Part shown: positions 24,101 through 35,751 of the stretch, one piece after another
How positions within the stretch are numbered: the first letter of the stretch is position 1
Layout of the letters: every line of letters starts with the position of its first letter
Assembly: GCA_051362555.1 (NCBI GenBank)
Contig: CM120648.1
Coordinates: 13,760,587 to 13,824,586 of the forward strand
DNA length: 64,000 bases
Reading direction: 5' to 3'
DNA from: Lingula anatina
Taxonomy: Eukaryota; Animalia; Brachiopoda
Program-made: the position numbers and the translations under genes
The notes under the pieces: generated by a model
The model's input: only the letters and a program-made list of their open reading frames with translations
Databases searched by the model: none
Told to the model about the DNA's origin: nothing

Positions 24101-24853
24101 AATCTTTCCAAACTTTCTTCTATTCACTATCAAGCTGGTCTGCTTGTTTTAGGTGCTCTGCCCGGTTCGAACACAATCAAAGTGCTTAGAGAGCTGAACT
24201 GGGCTACTTTGGAAAACCGTAGAATAATGCATGCAAAAAAGGTTATGTTCACTATCTATCACAATATGGCTCCTACATATATTATTAAAGATTTCCTGTC
24301 TTTTAAAAATCTAATAACCCCGCAAACAAGAGAGTCCTCGTATAGAGATTACATCATCCCAGTTAAGTTTACATTTCAGGGTCCTGAATACTTACTCGTG
24401 TCTTCATGGAATAGTCTCAGTCTCGAACAAAAGTATACCCCAAATATCGCGTTATTCAAGCATTCTCTGAAATCCGAACTATTTTCTGGTTCGTTATCTA
24501 CTACCACCCTAAAGTTAGAAAGAAAGAATGAAAAATATCTAAACCGTGCGCGTGTAGATCTATTGTTCAAATCCCAATTATATAACCACAACTGGGACTC
24601 GGTAAATTCTCCGAACTGCTCTTGTGGGAAACCTGAGACTATACGCCATTTTTTCTTCCAGTGCCCACGGAGGCAGTTGAAGTATCGTGATTTTCATTTG
24701 TCTATTCAGAATGTCCTGGGCGCTAACAATACAAATTTTAGAACGCAGCTTGATAAGATTTCTTTGTTTCTACACGGCCACAAAACTTTAACAACTGGAC
24801 AGAATGATAAAATATTCGATATTGTCTCGACGTTTTTAATTGATAATGCTTAA
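21170..24853 (+). CDS. LINE ORF2 polyprotein: hydrophobic leader + 2A-like peptide + AP endonuclease + reverse transcriptase + C-terminal CCHC zinc finger, 1227 aa
   Basis: APE motifs: FSNIRSL, IIGLCE, GIFYRSP, NGDFNAH, EPTRI, SCIDL, TDHS. RT motifs: KASGPD, NYRPVSLLSVLSKLLEK, QSGF, FLDISAAFDKV, VPQGSILGPLLFLLYINDL, YADD (23672-23683), KHLG. The C-terminal finger is CSC-x7-H-x4-C (24617-24664). There are no stops or frameshifts. Confidence 0.97.
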   Translation: MGISLMQWRVTVGCFCCLKGMAKKRETHLKFPYLIYMKPLTALIFLFIIVTLCLYLVYPISVTQDHKDRPVTPFSFACVAGGNLSSLLLLCCISQLFAKSYYVKTYILIAAELLAFYLTLFQTTSTFQYISLSGFKLLLAGDVHPNPGPRLKPENDLKILFSNIRSLGAENGLRFDALSIRAKQLEINIIGLCEAGKIPEHYLTSKYYIDGYHNPLYSEKGRGFIIYVGNDMIYKIREDLCNTELDCLWIELQLKYKKLLYGIFYRSPSQTANERNQFISQLSDCLYRAKLSRPDGIIINGDFNAHSRNWYLGGRDDVAGELLHDLFSTHGLDQLVREPTRIQGDSSSCIDLTVTDIPGLVTNVSVEAPIGSTDHSTLVSSFDVFLLKYKPYKKIIWKYDQANIHGLNNDIISFDWDTFFQSQNNIHEMTRNFTERLLLIFKKHIPQKVRIIKRNDKPWFSDRLKHEINKKKKLYAKMKTNPTPGNILCYDTQSVLVKELIRDTKESYFNSLIESLDEKPGNGRKLFWPTIKNLIGSKYITSIPTLLNHSTGQIAITDSEKAKVFLDYFSERYHSDVVTSTALVNFPDKTNAILSEIDFNDTEIKVIIDDMDASKASGPDSVTIKMLKLSKDVVVKPLCILFNYIIQSNTYPDLWKMAFICPIYKKGDRSCIDNYRPVSLLSVLSKLLEKIIYKRMINHVVNNNLLFEKQSGFLKGHSTEHQLLAIQNLIRSNFRKGRDVRGIFLDISAAFDKVPHSLLLIKLSAYGIKGNLLSLLSSYLSDRKVKVRINGTLSESSNESYINTSVPQGSILGPLLFLLYINDLADNLSSDCFLYADDTFIFQSSIPSDSQSHDALQSDLSKLEEWSNRWKLEFKPNKSCEVIFSTKVTANKYRNLILCDLTIPRKSFHKHLGFVLDSKLSCAEHISYLATKAQKALNPLKSLSHRLRSRHLNILYNAYVLSLLDYCDILYHSATKRNLSKLSSIHYQAGLLVLGALPGSNTIKVLRELNWATLENRRIMHAKKVMFTIYHNMAPTYIIKDFLSFKNLITPQTRESSYRDYIIPVKFTFQGPEYLLVSSWNSLSLEQKYTPNIALFKHSLKSELFSGSLSTTTLKLERKNEKYLNRARVDLLFKSQLYNHNWDSVNSPNCSCGKPETIRHFFFQCPRRQLKYRDFHLSIQNVLGANNTNFRTQLDKISLFLHGHKTLTTGQNDKIFDIVSTFLIDNA
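21575..21616 (+). other. 2A-like (StopGo/ribosome-skipping) motif KLLLAGDVHPNPG|P within ORF2
   Basis: Codons 141-149 read G-D-V-H-P-N-P-G-P, just upstream of the APE domain. This matches D(V/I)ExNPG|P except for His in place of Glu. Confidence 0.75.
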
Positions 24854-25061
24854 TTGCTTTTATAAGTTCACCCTCCCGACCCTCCTTCTCTTGATCAACT
24901 AATATATCACTTCCCGCATATATCGCCCGTGCCTTTCCCTGTAGTGCCCTTCCCTGTTGCTCTCCTTTACAACAATAAGTACTATTTAGTGTTATCATAA
25001 CTATTATCATTACCTATATATAATCATAATCAAGTCATTTTGTTACTAGAATTACATTAAC

Positions 25062-25100
25062 GCAGGCGAGCCCATAATGCTGTGGCGACGTGCCGCCTGC
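25062..25100 (+). other. 3'-terminal RNA stem-loop of the LINE (candidate RT recognition signal)
   Basis: GCAGGCG (25062-25068) pairs perfectly with CGCCTGC (25094-25100), enclosing an inner CCATA/TGTGG stem with a 4-nt loop. It is a GC-rich island in an AT-rich 3'UTR, ~50 nt before the tail. Confidence 0.7.
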
Positions 25101-25136
25101 TCTGAATGTATTTTTTTTGTATATCTTGATTGTAGA

Positions 25137-25166
25137 AATAAATCTGTTTAAAAAAAAAAAAAAAAA
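25137..25166 (+). terminator. Polyadenylation signal AATAAA and retrotransposed poly(A) tail (A17)
   Basis: AATAAA at 25137-25142 is followed by tctgttt and 17 uninterrupted A (25150-25166), after which satellite resumes. Confidence 0.88.
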
Positions 25167-26711
25167 GGGATGTGATAAGCTTTTCTCAGATTTTTATTAT
25201 TGTAAAGCATCATTTGTACAAATTTCATAAAGAGACAGTAAGACATCATCAGAAGCAGTGCTCTGTCTCATCTATGTGTGCAATACATGATATGTGGCAA
25301 GATTAAGCACATGGTCAAATGGTGTGCTAACAGTCCGATTCCAGAAACCCACTGTAAGGATGAGTCTGCATCTGGTATTGGTAGTAAGGAGAAGTCTTGA
25401 TTGGGTATATGTTGTTTTTCAGAGAACAATAATAGGTAATTTGCCAGTTCCTACACAAACAAACACAAGTCATCACATTTGTTGTTTTATTAGAGATAAA
25501 ATGATTTATTGAAATATTGAAATATTTGTTTTTCGTAAGTTCTCACTCTTCTGATATGAATTAGTAATAAAATACACTTCAATTAAACACAGGGATGTGA
25601 TAAGCTTTTCTCAGATTTTTATTGTTGTAAAGCATCATTTGTACAAATTTCACAAAGATTGGACCACATTTGTCCAAATTATTAACGTTTAACTATTTTG
25701 ATCCATGGAATTTGCCATTGTTTTCAATGTAATTTTTAGTTTTCTCGAATATATTGTCTGAAAAATGGTTTTGATTACACACAGTCAACTGATAATCTTA
25801 TCTCAGATTTTTATTGTAATTAGGCATCATTTATACCAATTTCACAAACATTGGACCAGATTTGTGAAAATTATTAACATTTAACTATTTTATTCCATGG
25901 AATTTTTCCTTTTTCCAGGTAAACCTTCCATTGCAGCCTTGTGGCTTCTTGGTTGACAGACTCTTACTGTCTCTTTATGGCTAATGCCTATAGAAAAAAA
26001 CAGGCATTGAAAGACAACATCAGAAGCAGTGCTCTGTCTCATCCATGTGTGCAATACATGATATGTGGCAAGATTAAGGACATGGTCAAATGGTGTGCTA
26101 ACAGTCCAATTCCAGAAACCCACTGTAAGGATGAGTCTGCATCTGGTATTGGTAGTAAGGAGAAGTCTTGATTGGGTATATGTTGTTTTTCAGAGAACAA
26201 TAATAGGTAATTTGCCAGTTCCTACACAAACAAACACAAGTCATCACATTTGTTGTTTTATTTGAGATATAATGATTTATTGAAATATTGAAATATTTGT
26301 TTTTCGTAAGTTCTCACTCTTCTGAAATGAATTGGCAATAACATACACTTAGATTAAACACAGGGATGTGATAAGCTTTTCTCTGATTTTTATTATTGTA
26401 AAGCATCATTTGTACAAATTTCACAAAGATTGGACCACATTTGTCCAAATTATTAACGTTTAACTATTTTGATCCATGGAATTTGCCATTGTTTTCAATG
26501 TAATTTTTAGTTTTCTCGCATATATTGTCCGAAAAATGGTTTTGATTACACACAGTCAACTGATAATCTTATCTCAGATTTTTATTGTTATTAGGTATCA
26601 TTTACACAAATTTCACAAACATTGGACCAGATTTGTGAAAATTATTAACATTTAACTATTTTATTCCATGGAATTTTTCCTTTTTCCAGGTAAACCTTCC
26701 ATTGCAGCCTT

Positions 26712-29700
26712 GTGGCTTCTTGGTTGACAGACTCTTCCTGTCTCTTTATGGCTAATGTCTATAGAACAAAAAAGGCATTGAAAGACAACATCAGGAGCAG
26801 TGCTCTTTCTCATCCATGTGTGCAATACATGATATGTGGCAAGATTAAGGACATGGTCAAATGGTGTGCTTACAGTCCAATTCCAGAAACCCACTGTATG
26901 GATGAGTCTGCATCTGGTATTGGTAGTAAGGAGAAGTCTTGATTGGGTATATGTTGTTTTTCAGAGAACAATAATAGGTAATTTGCCAGTTCCTACACAA
27001 ACCAACACAAGTCATCACATATATTGTTTTATTTGAGATAAAATGATTTATTGTAATATTGAAATATTTGTTTTCGTAAGTTCCCACTCTTCTTATATGA
27101 ATTGGCAATAAAATACATTTAAATTAAATACAGGGATGTGATAAGCTTTTCTCAGATTTTTATTGTTGTAAAGCATCATTTGTACAAATTTCACAAAGAT
27201 TGGACCACATTTGTCCAAATTATTAACGTTTAACTATTTTGATCCATGGAATTTGCCATTGTTTTCAATGTAATTTTTAGTTTTCTCGAATATATTGTCC
27301 GAAAAATGGTTTTGATTACACACAGTCAACTGATAACCTTATCTCAGATTTTTATTGTTATTAGGCATCATTTATACCAATTTCATAAACATTGTACCAG
27401 ATTTGTGAAAATTATTAACATTTAACTATTTTATTCCATGGAATTTTTCCTTTTTCCAGGTAAACCTTCCATTGCAGCCTTGTGGCTTCTTGGTTGACAG
27501 ACTCTTACTGTCTCTTTATGGCTAATGCCTATAGAAAAAAACAGGCATTGAAAGACAACATCAGAAGCAGTGCTCTGTCTCATCCATGTGTGCAATACAT
27601 GATATGTGGCAAGATTAAGGACATGGTCAAATGGTGTGCTAACAGTCCAATTCCAGAAACCCACTGTAAGGATGAGTCTGCATCTGGTATTGGTAGTAAG
27701 GAGAAGTCTTGATTGGGTATATGTTGTTTTTCAGAGAACAATAATAGGTAATTTGCCAGTTCCTACACAAACAAACACAAGTCATCACATTTGTTGTTTT
27801 ATTTGAAATATAATGATTTATTGAAATATTGAAATATTTGTTTTTCGTAAGTTCTCACTCTTCTGAAATGAATTGGCAATAACATACACTTAGATTAAAC
27901 ACAGGGATGTGATAAGCTTTTCTCAGATTTTTATTATTGTAAAGCATCATTTGTACAAATTTCACAAAGATTGGACCACATTTGTCCAAATTATTAACGT
28001 TTAACTATTTTGATCCATGGAATTTGCCATTGTTTTCAATGTAATTTTTAGTTTTCTCGCATATATTGTCCGAAAAATGGTTTTGATTACACACAGTCAA
28101 CTGATAATCTTATCTCAGATTTTTATTGTTATTAGGTATCATTTACACAAATTTCACAAACATTGGACCAGATTTGTGAAAATTATTAACATTTAAATAT
28201 TTTATTCCATGGAATTTTTCCTTTTTCCAGGTAAACCTTCCATTGCAGCCTTGTGGCTTCTTGGTTGACAGACTCTTACTGTCTCTTTATGGCTAATGCC
28301 TATAGAAAAAAACAGGCATTGAAAGACAACATCAGAAGCAGTGCTCTGTCTCATCTATGTGTGCAATACATGATATGTGGCAAGATTAAGGACATGGTCA
28401 AATGGTGTGCTAACAGTCCGATTCCAGAAACCCACTGTAAGGATGAGTCTGCATCTGGTATTGGTAGTAAGGAGAAGTCTTGATTGGGTATATGTTGTTT
28501 TTCAGAGAACAATAATAGGTAATTTGCCAGTTCCTACACAAACAAACACAAGTCATCACATTTGTTGTTTTATTAGAGATAAAATGATTTATTGAAATAT
28601 TGAAATATTTGTTTTTCGTAAGTTCTCACTCTTCTGATATGAATTGGTAATAAAATACACTTCAATTAAACACAGGGATGTGATAAGATTTTCTCAGATT
28701 TTTATTGTTGTAAAGCATCATTTGTACAAATTTCACAAAGATTGGACCACATTTGTCCAAATTATTAACGTTTAACTATTTTGATCCATGGAATTTGCCA
28801 TTGTTTTCAATGTAATTTTTAGTTTTCTCGAATATATTGTCTGAAAAATGGTTTTGATTACACACAGTCAACTGATAATCTTATCTCAGATTTTTATTGT
28901 AATTAGGCATCATTTATACCAATTTCACAAACATTGGACCAGATTTGTGAAAATTATTAACATTTAACTATTTTATTCCATGGAATTTTTCCTTTTTCCA
29001 GGTAAACCTTCCATTGCAGCCTTGTGGCTTCTTGGTTGACAGACTCTTCCTGTCTCTTTATGGCTAATGTCTATAGAACAAAAAAGGCATTGAAAGACAA
29101 CATCAGGAGCAGTGCTCTTTCTCATCCATGTGTGCAATACATGATATGTGGCAAGATTAAGGACATGGTCAAATGGTGTGCTTACAGTCCAATTCCAGAA
29201 ACCCACTGTATGGATGAGTCTGCATCTGGTATTGGTAGTAAGGAGAAGTCTTGATTGGGTATATGTTGTTTTTCAGAGAACAATAATAGGTAATTTGCCA
29301 GTTCCTACACAAACCAACACAAGTCATCACATATATTGTTTTATTTGAGATAAAATGATTTATTGTAATATTGAAATATTTGTTTTCGTAAGTTCCCACT
29401 CTTCTTATATGAATTGGCAATAAAATACATTTAAATTAAATACAGGGATGTGATAAGCTTTTCTCAGATTTTTATTGTTGTAAAGCATCATTTGTACAAA
29501 TTTCACAAAGATTGGACCACATTTGTCCAAATTATTAACGTTTAACTATTTTGATCCATGGAATTTGCCATTGTTTTCAATGTAATTTTTAGTTTTCTCG
29601 AATATATTGTCCGAAAAATGGTTTTGATTACACACAGTCAACTGATAACCTTATCTCAGATTTTTATTGTTATTAGGCATCATTTATACCAATTTCATAA

Positions 29701-31332
29701 ACATTGTACCAGATTTGTGAAAATTATTAACATTTAACTATTTTATTCCATGGAATTTTTCCTTTTTCCAGGTAAACCTTCCATTGCAGCCTTGTGGCTT
29801 CTTGGTTGACAGACTCTTACTGTCTCTTTATGGCTAATGCCTATAGAAAAAAACAGGCATTGAAAGACAACATCAGAAGCAGTGCTCTGTCTCATCCATG
29901 TGTGCAATACATGATATGTGGCAAGATTAAGGACATGGTCAAATGGTGTGCTAACAGTCCAATTCCAGAAACCCACTGTAAGGATGAGTCTGCATCTGGT
30001 ATTGGTAGTAAGGAGAAGTCTTGATTGGGTATATGTTGTTTTTCAGAGAACAATAATAGGTATTTTGCCAGTTCCTACACAAACAAACACAAGTCATCAC
30101 ATTTGTTGTTTTATTTGAGATATAATGATTTATTGAAATATTGAAATATTTGTTTTTCGTAAGTTCTCACTCTTCTGAAATGAATTGGCAATAACATACA
30201 CTTAGATTAAACACAGGGATGTGATAAGCTTTTCTCAGATTTTTATTATTGTAAAGCATCATTTGTACAAATTTCACAAAGATTGGACCACATTTGTCCA
30301 AATTATTAACGTTTAACTATTTTGATCCATGGAATTTGCCATTGTTTTCAATGTAATTTTAGTTTTCTCGCATATATTGTCCGAAAAATGGTTTTGATTA
30401 CACACAGTCAACTGATAATCTTATCTCAGATTTTTATTGTTATTAGGTATCATTTACACAAATTTCACAAACATTGGACCAGATTTGTGAAAATTATTAA
30501 CATTTAAATATTTTATTCCATGGAATTTTTCCTTTTTCCAGGTAAACCTTCCATTGCAGCCTTGTGGCTTCTTGGTTGACAGACTCTTACTGTCTCTTTA
30601 TGGCTAATGCCTATAGAAAAAAACAGGCATTGAAAGACAACATCAGAAGCAGTGCTCTGTCTCATCTATGTGTGCAATACATGATATGTGGCAAGATTAA
30701 GGACATGGTCAAATGGTGTGCTAACAGTCCGATTCCAGAAACCCACTGTAAGGATGAGTCTGCATCTGGTATTGGTAGTAAGGAGAAGTCTTGATTGGGT
30801 ATATGTTGTTTTTCAGAGAACAATAATAGGTAATTTGCCACTTCCTACACAAACAAACACAAGTCATCACATTTGTTGTTTTATTAGAGATAAAATGATT
30901 TATTGAAATATTGAAATATTTGTTTTTCGTAAGTTCTCACTCTTCTGATATGAATTGGTAATAAAATACACTTCAATTAAACACAGGGATGTGATAAGAT
31001 TTTCTCAGATTTTTATTGTTGTAAAGCATCATTTGTACAAATTTCACAAAGATTGGACCACATTTGTCCAAATTATTAACGTTTAACTATTTTGATCCAT
31101 GGAATTTGCCATTGTTTTCAATGTAATTTTTAGTTTTCTCGAATATATTGTCTGAAAAATGGTTTTGATTACACACAGTCAACTGATAATCTTATCTCAG
31201 ATTTTTATTGTAATTAGGCATCATTTATACCAATTTCACAAACATTGGACCAGATTTGTGAAAATTATTAACATTTAACTATTTTATTCCATGGAATTTT
31301 TCCTTTTTCCAGGTAAACCTTCCATTGCAGCC
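26712..31332. repeat. 3-monomer duplication, ~2312 bp x2
   Basis: Monomer types at 26712/27482/28253 recur at 29024/29794/30564 with shared private variants (tgtatgg plus atattg; atttaaatatttt; catctatg plus ccgatt). Confidence 0.85.
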
Positions 31333-34300
31333 TTGTGGCTTCTTGGTTGACACTCTTCCTGTCTCTTTATGGCTAATGTCTATAGAACAAAAAAGGCATT
31401 GAAAGACAACATCAGGAGCAGTGCTCTTTCTCATCCATGTGTGCAATACATGATATGTGGCAAGATTAAGGACATGGTCAAATGGTGTGCTTACAGTCCA
31501 ATTCCAGAAACCCACTGTAAGGATGAGTCTGCATCTGGTATTGGTAGTAAGGAGAAGTCTTGATTGGGTATATGTTGTTTTTCAGAGAACAATAATAGGT
31601 AATTTGCCAGTTCCTACACAAACAAACACAAGTCATCACATTTGTTGTTTTATTAGAGATAAAATGATTTATTGAAATATTGAAATATTTGTTTTTCGTA
31701 AGTTCTCACTCTTCTGATATGAATTGGTAATAAAATACACTTCAATTAAACACAGGGATGTGATAAGATTTTCTCAGATTTTTATTGTTGTAAAGCATCA
31801 TTTGTACAAATTTCACAAAGATTGGACCACATTTGTCCAAATTATTAACGTTTAACTATTTTGATCCATGGAATTTGCCATTGTTTTCAATGTAATTTTT
31901 AGTTTTCTCGAATATATTGTCTGAAAAATGGTTTTGATTACACACAGTCAACTGATAATCTTATCTCAGATTTTTATTGTAATTAGGCATCATTTATACC
32001 AATTTCACAAACATTGGACCAGATTTGTGAAAATTATTAACATTTAACTATTTTATTCCATGGAATTTTTCCTTTTTCCAGGTAAACCTTCCATTGCAGC
32101 CTTGTGGCTTCTTGGTTGACACTCTTCCTGTCTCTTTATGGCTAATGTCTATAGAACAAAAAAGGCATTGAAAGACAACATCAGGAGCAGTGCTCTTTCT
32201 CATCCATGTGTGCAATACATGATATGTGGCAAGATTAAGGACATGGTCAAATGGTGTGCTTACAGTCCAATTCCAGAAACCCACTGTAAGGATGAGTCTG
32301 CATCTGGTATTGGTAGTAAGGAGAAGTCTTGATTGGGTATATGTTGTTTTTCAGAGAACAATAATAGGTAATTTGCCACTTCCTACACAAACCAACACAA
32401 GTCATCACATATGTTGTTTTATTTGAGATAAAATGATTTATTGGAATATTGAAATATTTGTTTTCGTAAGTTCCCACTCTTCACATATGAATTGGCAATA
32501 AAATACATTTAAATTAAACACAGGGATGTGATAGCCTTTTCTCAGATTTTTATTGTTGTAAAGCATCATTTGTACAAATTTCACAAAGATAGGACCACAT
32601 TTGTCCAAATTATTAACGTTTAACTATTTTGATCCATGGAATTTGCCATTGTTTTCAATGTAATTTTTAGTTTTCTCGAATATATTGTCTGAAAAATGGT
32701 TATGATTACACACAGTCAACTGATAATCTTATCTCAGATTTTTATTGTTTTTAGGCATCATTTATACCAATTTCATAAACATTGGACCAGATTTGTGAAA
32801 ATTATTAACATTTAACTATTTTATTCCATGGAATTTTTCCTTTTTCCAGGTAAACCTTCCATTGCAGCCTTGTGGCTTCTTGGTTGACAGACTCTTCCTG
32901 TCTCTTTATGGCTAATGTCTATAGAACAAAAAAGGCATTGAAAGACAACATCAGGAGCAGTGCTCTTTCTCATCCATGTGTGCAATACATGATATGTGGC
33001 AAGATTAAGGACATGGTCAAATGGTGTGCTAACAGTCCGATTCCAGAAACCCACTGTAAGGATGAGTCTGCATCTGGTATTGGTAGTAAGGAGAAGTCTT
33101 GATTGGGTATATGTTGTTTTTCAGAGAACAATAATAGGTAATTTGCCAGTTCCTACACAAACAAACACAAGTCATCACATTTGTTGTTTTATTTGAGATA
33201 TAATGATTTATTGAAATATTGAAATATTTGTTTTTCGTAAGTTCTCACTCTTCTGAAATGAATTGGCAATAACATACACTTAGATTAAACACAGGGATGT
33301 GATAAGCTTTTCTCAGATTTTTATTATTGTAAAGCATCATTTGTACAAATTTCACAAAGATTGGACCACATTTGTCCAAATTATTAACGTTTAACTATTT
33401 TGATCCATGGAATTTGCCATTGTTTTCAATGTAATTTTTAGTTTTCTCGAATATATTGTCCGAAAAATGGTTTTGATTACACACAGTCAACTGATAACCT
33501 TATCTCAGATTTTTATTGTTATTAGGCATCATTTATACCAATTTCACAAACATTGGACCAGATTTGTGAAAATTATTAACATTTAACTATTTTATTCCAT
33601 GGAATTTTTCCTTTTTCCAGGTAAACCTTCCATTGCAGCCTTGTGGCTTCTTGGTTGACAGACTCTTACTGTCTCTTTATGGCTAATGCCTATAGAAAAA
33701 AACAGGCATTGAAAGACAACATCAGAAGCAGTGCTCTGTCTCATCCATGTGTGCAATACATGATATGTGGCAAGATTAAGGACATGGTCAAATGGTGTGC
33801 TAACAGTCCAATTCCAGAAACCCACTGTAAGGATGAGTCTGCATCTGGTATTGGTAGTAAGGAGAAGTCTTGATTGGGTATATGTTGTTTTTCAGAGAAC
33901 AATAATAGGTAATTTGCCAGTTCCTACACAAACAAACACAAGTCATCACATTTGTTGTTTTATTTGAGATATAATGATTTATTGAAATATTGAAATATTT
34001 GTTTTTCGTAAGTTCTCACTCTTCTGAAATGAATTGGCAATAACATACACTTAGATTAAACAAAGGGATGTGATAAGCTTTTCTCAGATTTTTATTATTG
34101 TAAAGCATCATTTGTACAAATTTCACAAAGATTGGACCACATTTGTCCAAATTATTAACGTTTAACTATTTTGATCCATGGAATTTGCCATTGTTTTCAA
34201 TGTAATTTTTAGTTTTCTCGCATATATTGTCCGAAAAATGGTTTTGATTACACACAGTCAACTGATAATCTTATCTCAGATTTTTATTGTTATTAGGTAT

Positions 34301-35751
34301 CATTTACACAAATTTCACAAACATTGGACCAGATTTGTGAAAATTATTAACATTTAACTATTTTATTCCATGGAATTTGCCCTTTTTCCAGGTAAACCTT
34401 CCATTGCAGCCTTGTGGCTTCTTGGTTGACAGACTCTTCCTGTCTCTTTATGGCTAATGTCTATAGAACAAAAAAGGCATTGAAAGACAACATCAGGAGC
34501 AGTGCTCTTTCTCATCCATGTGTGCAATACATGATATGTGGCAAGATTAAGGACATGGTCAAATGGTGTGCTTACAGTCCAATTCCAGAAACCCACTGTA
34601 TGGATGAGTCTGCATCTGGTATTGGTAGTAAGGAGAAGTCTTGATTGGGTATATGTTGTTTTTCAGAGAACAATAATAGGTAATTTGCCACAACCTACAC
34701 CAACCACATTTGTCCAAATTATTAATGTTTAACTATTTTGATCCATGGAATTTGCCATTGTTTCCAATGTAATTTTTAGTTTTCTCAAATATATTGTCCG
34801 AAAAATAGTTTTGATTACACACTGTAAACTGATAATCTTATCTCAGATTTTTGTTGTTATTAGGCATCATTTATACCAATTTCACAAACATTGGACCAGA
34901 TTTATGAAAATTATTAATGTTTAACTATTTTGATCCATGGATTTTGCCCTTTTTCCAGGTAAACCTTCCATTGCAGCCTTGTGGCTTCTTGGTTGACAGA
35001 CTCTTCCTGTCTCTTTATGGCTAATGCCTATAGAAAAAAACAGGCATTGAAAGACAACATCAGGAGCAGTGCTCTGTCTCATCTATGTGTGCAATACATG
35101 ATATGTGGCAAGATTAAGGACATGGTCAAATGGTGTGCTAACAGTCCAATTCCAGAAACCCACTGTAAGGATGTGCCTGCATCTGGTATTGGTAGTAAGG
35201 AGAAGTCTTGATTGGGTATATGTTGTTTTTCAGAGAACAATAATAGGTAATTTGCCACTTCCTACACAAACAAACACAAGTCATCACATTTGTTGTTTTA
35301 TTAGAGATAAAATGATTTATTGAAATATTGAAATATTTGTTTTTCGTAAGTTCTCACTCTTCTGATATGAATTGGTAATAAAATACACTTCAATTAAACA
35401 CAGGGATGTGATAAGCTTTTCTCAGATTTTTATTGTTGTAAAGCATCATTTGTACAAATTTCACAAAGATTGGACCACATTTGTCCAAATTATTAACGTT
35501 TAACTATTTTGATCCATGGAATTTGCCATTGTTTTCAATGTAATTTTTAGTTTTCTCGAATATATTGTCTGAAAAATGGTTTTGATTACACACAGTCAAC
35601 TGATAATCTTATCTCAGATTTTTATTGTAATTAGGCATCATTTATACCAATTTCACAAACATTGGACCAGATTTGTGAAAATTATTAACATTTAACTATT
35701 TTATTCCATGGAATTTTTCCTTTTTCCAGGTAAACCTTCCATTGCAGCCTT

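Larger units (their letters stand above)
19202..25166 (+). mobile_element. Full-length APE-type non-LTR retrotransposon (LINE, CR1/L2-group-like), ~5.97 kb
   Basis: This is the only non-satellite block. It has two long intact ORFs (ORF1-like; APE-RT), no LTRs, a 3' stem-loop, AATAAA at 25137-25142 and an A17 tail at 25150-25166. The clade assignment is inferred from motif style and the 2A-like motif, not from a phylogeny. Confidence 0.96.

Noticed and set aside
21170-24853. Bacterial RT system (group II intron, retron, DGR) or LTR/Penelope element
   Set aside because: The N-terminal APE domain, upstream ORF1 and poly(A) tail, together with the absence of LTRs, integrase, protease or GIY-YIG domains, identify a non-LTR LINE.
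19325-25010. Antisense and nested ORFs in the LINE (19325-19705, 20184-20381, 22027-22278, 22870-23061, 23673-23858, 24376-24591, 24738-25010) and spacer ORF 20427-20612
   Set aside because: These are short shadow ORFs of the real coding frames or chance ORFs, with no recognisable motifs.
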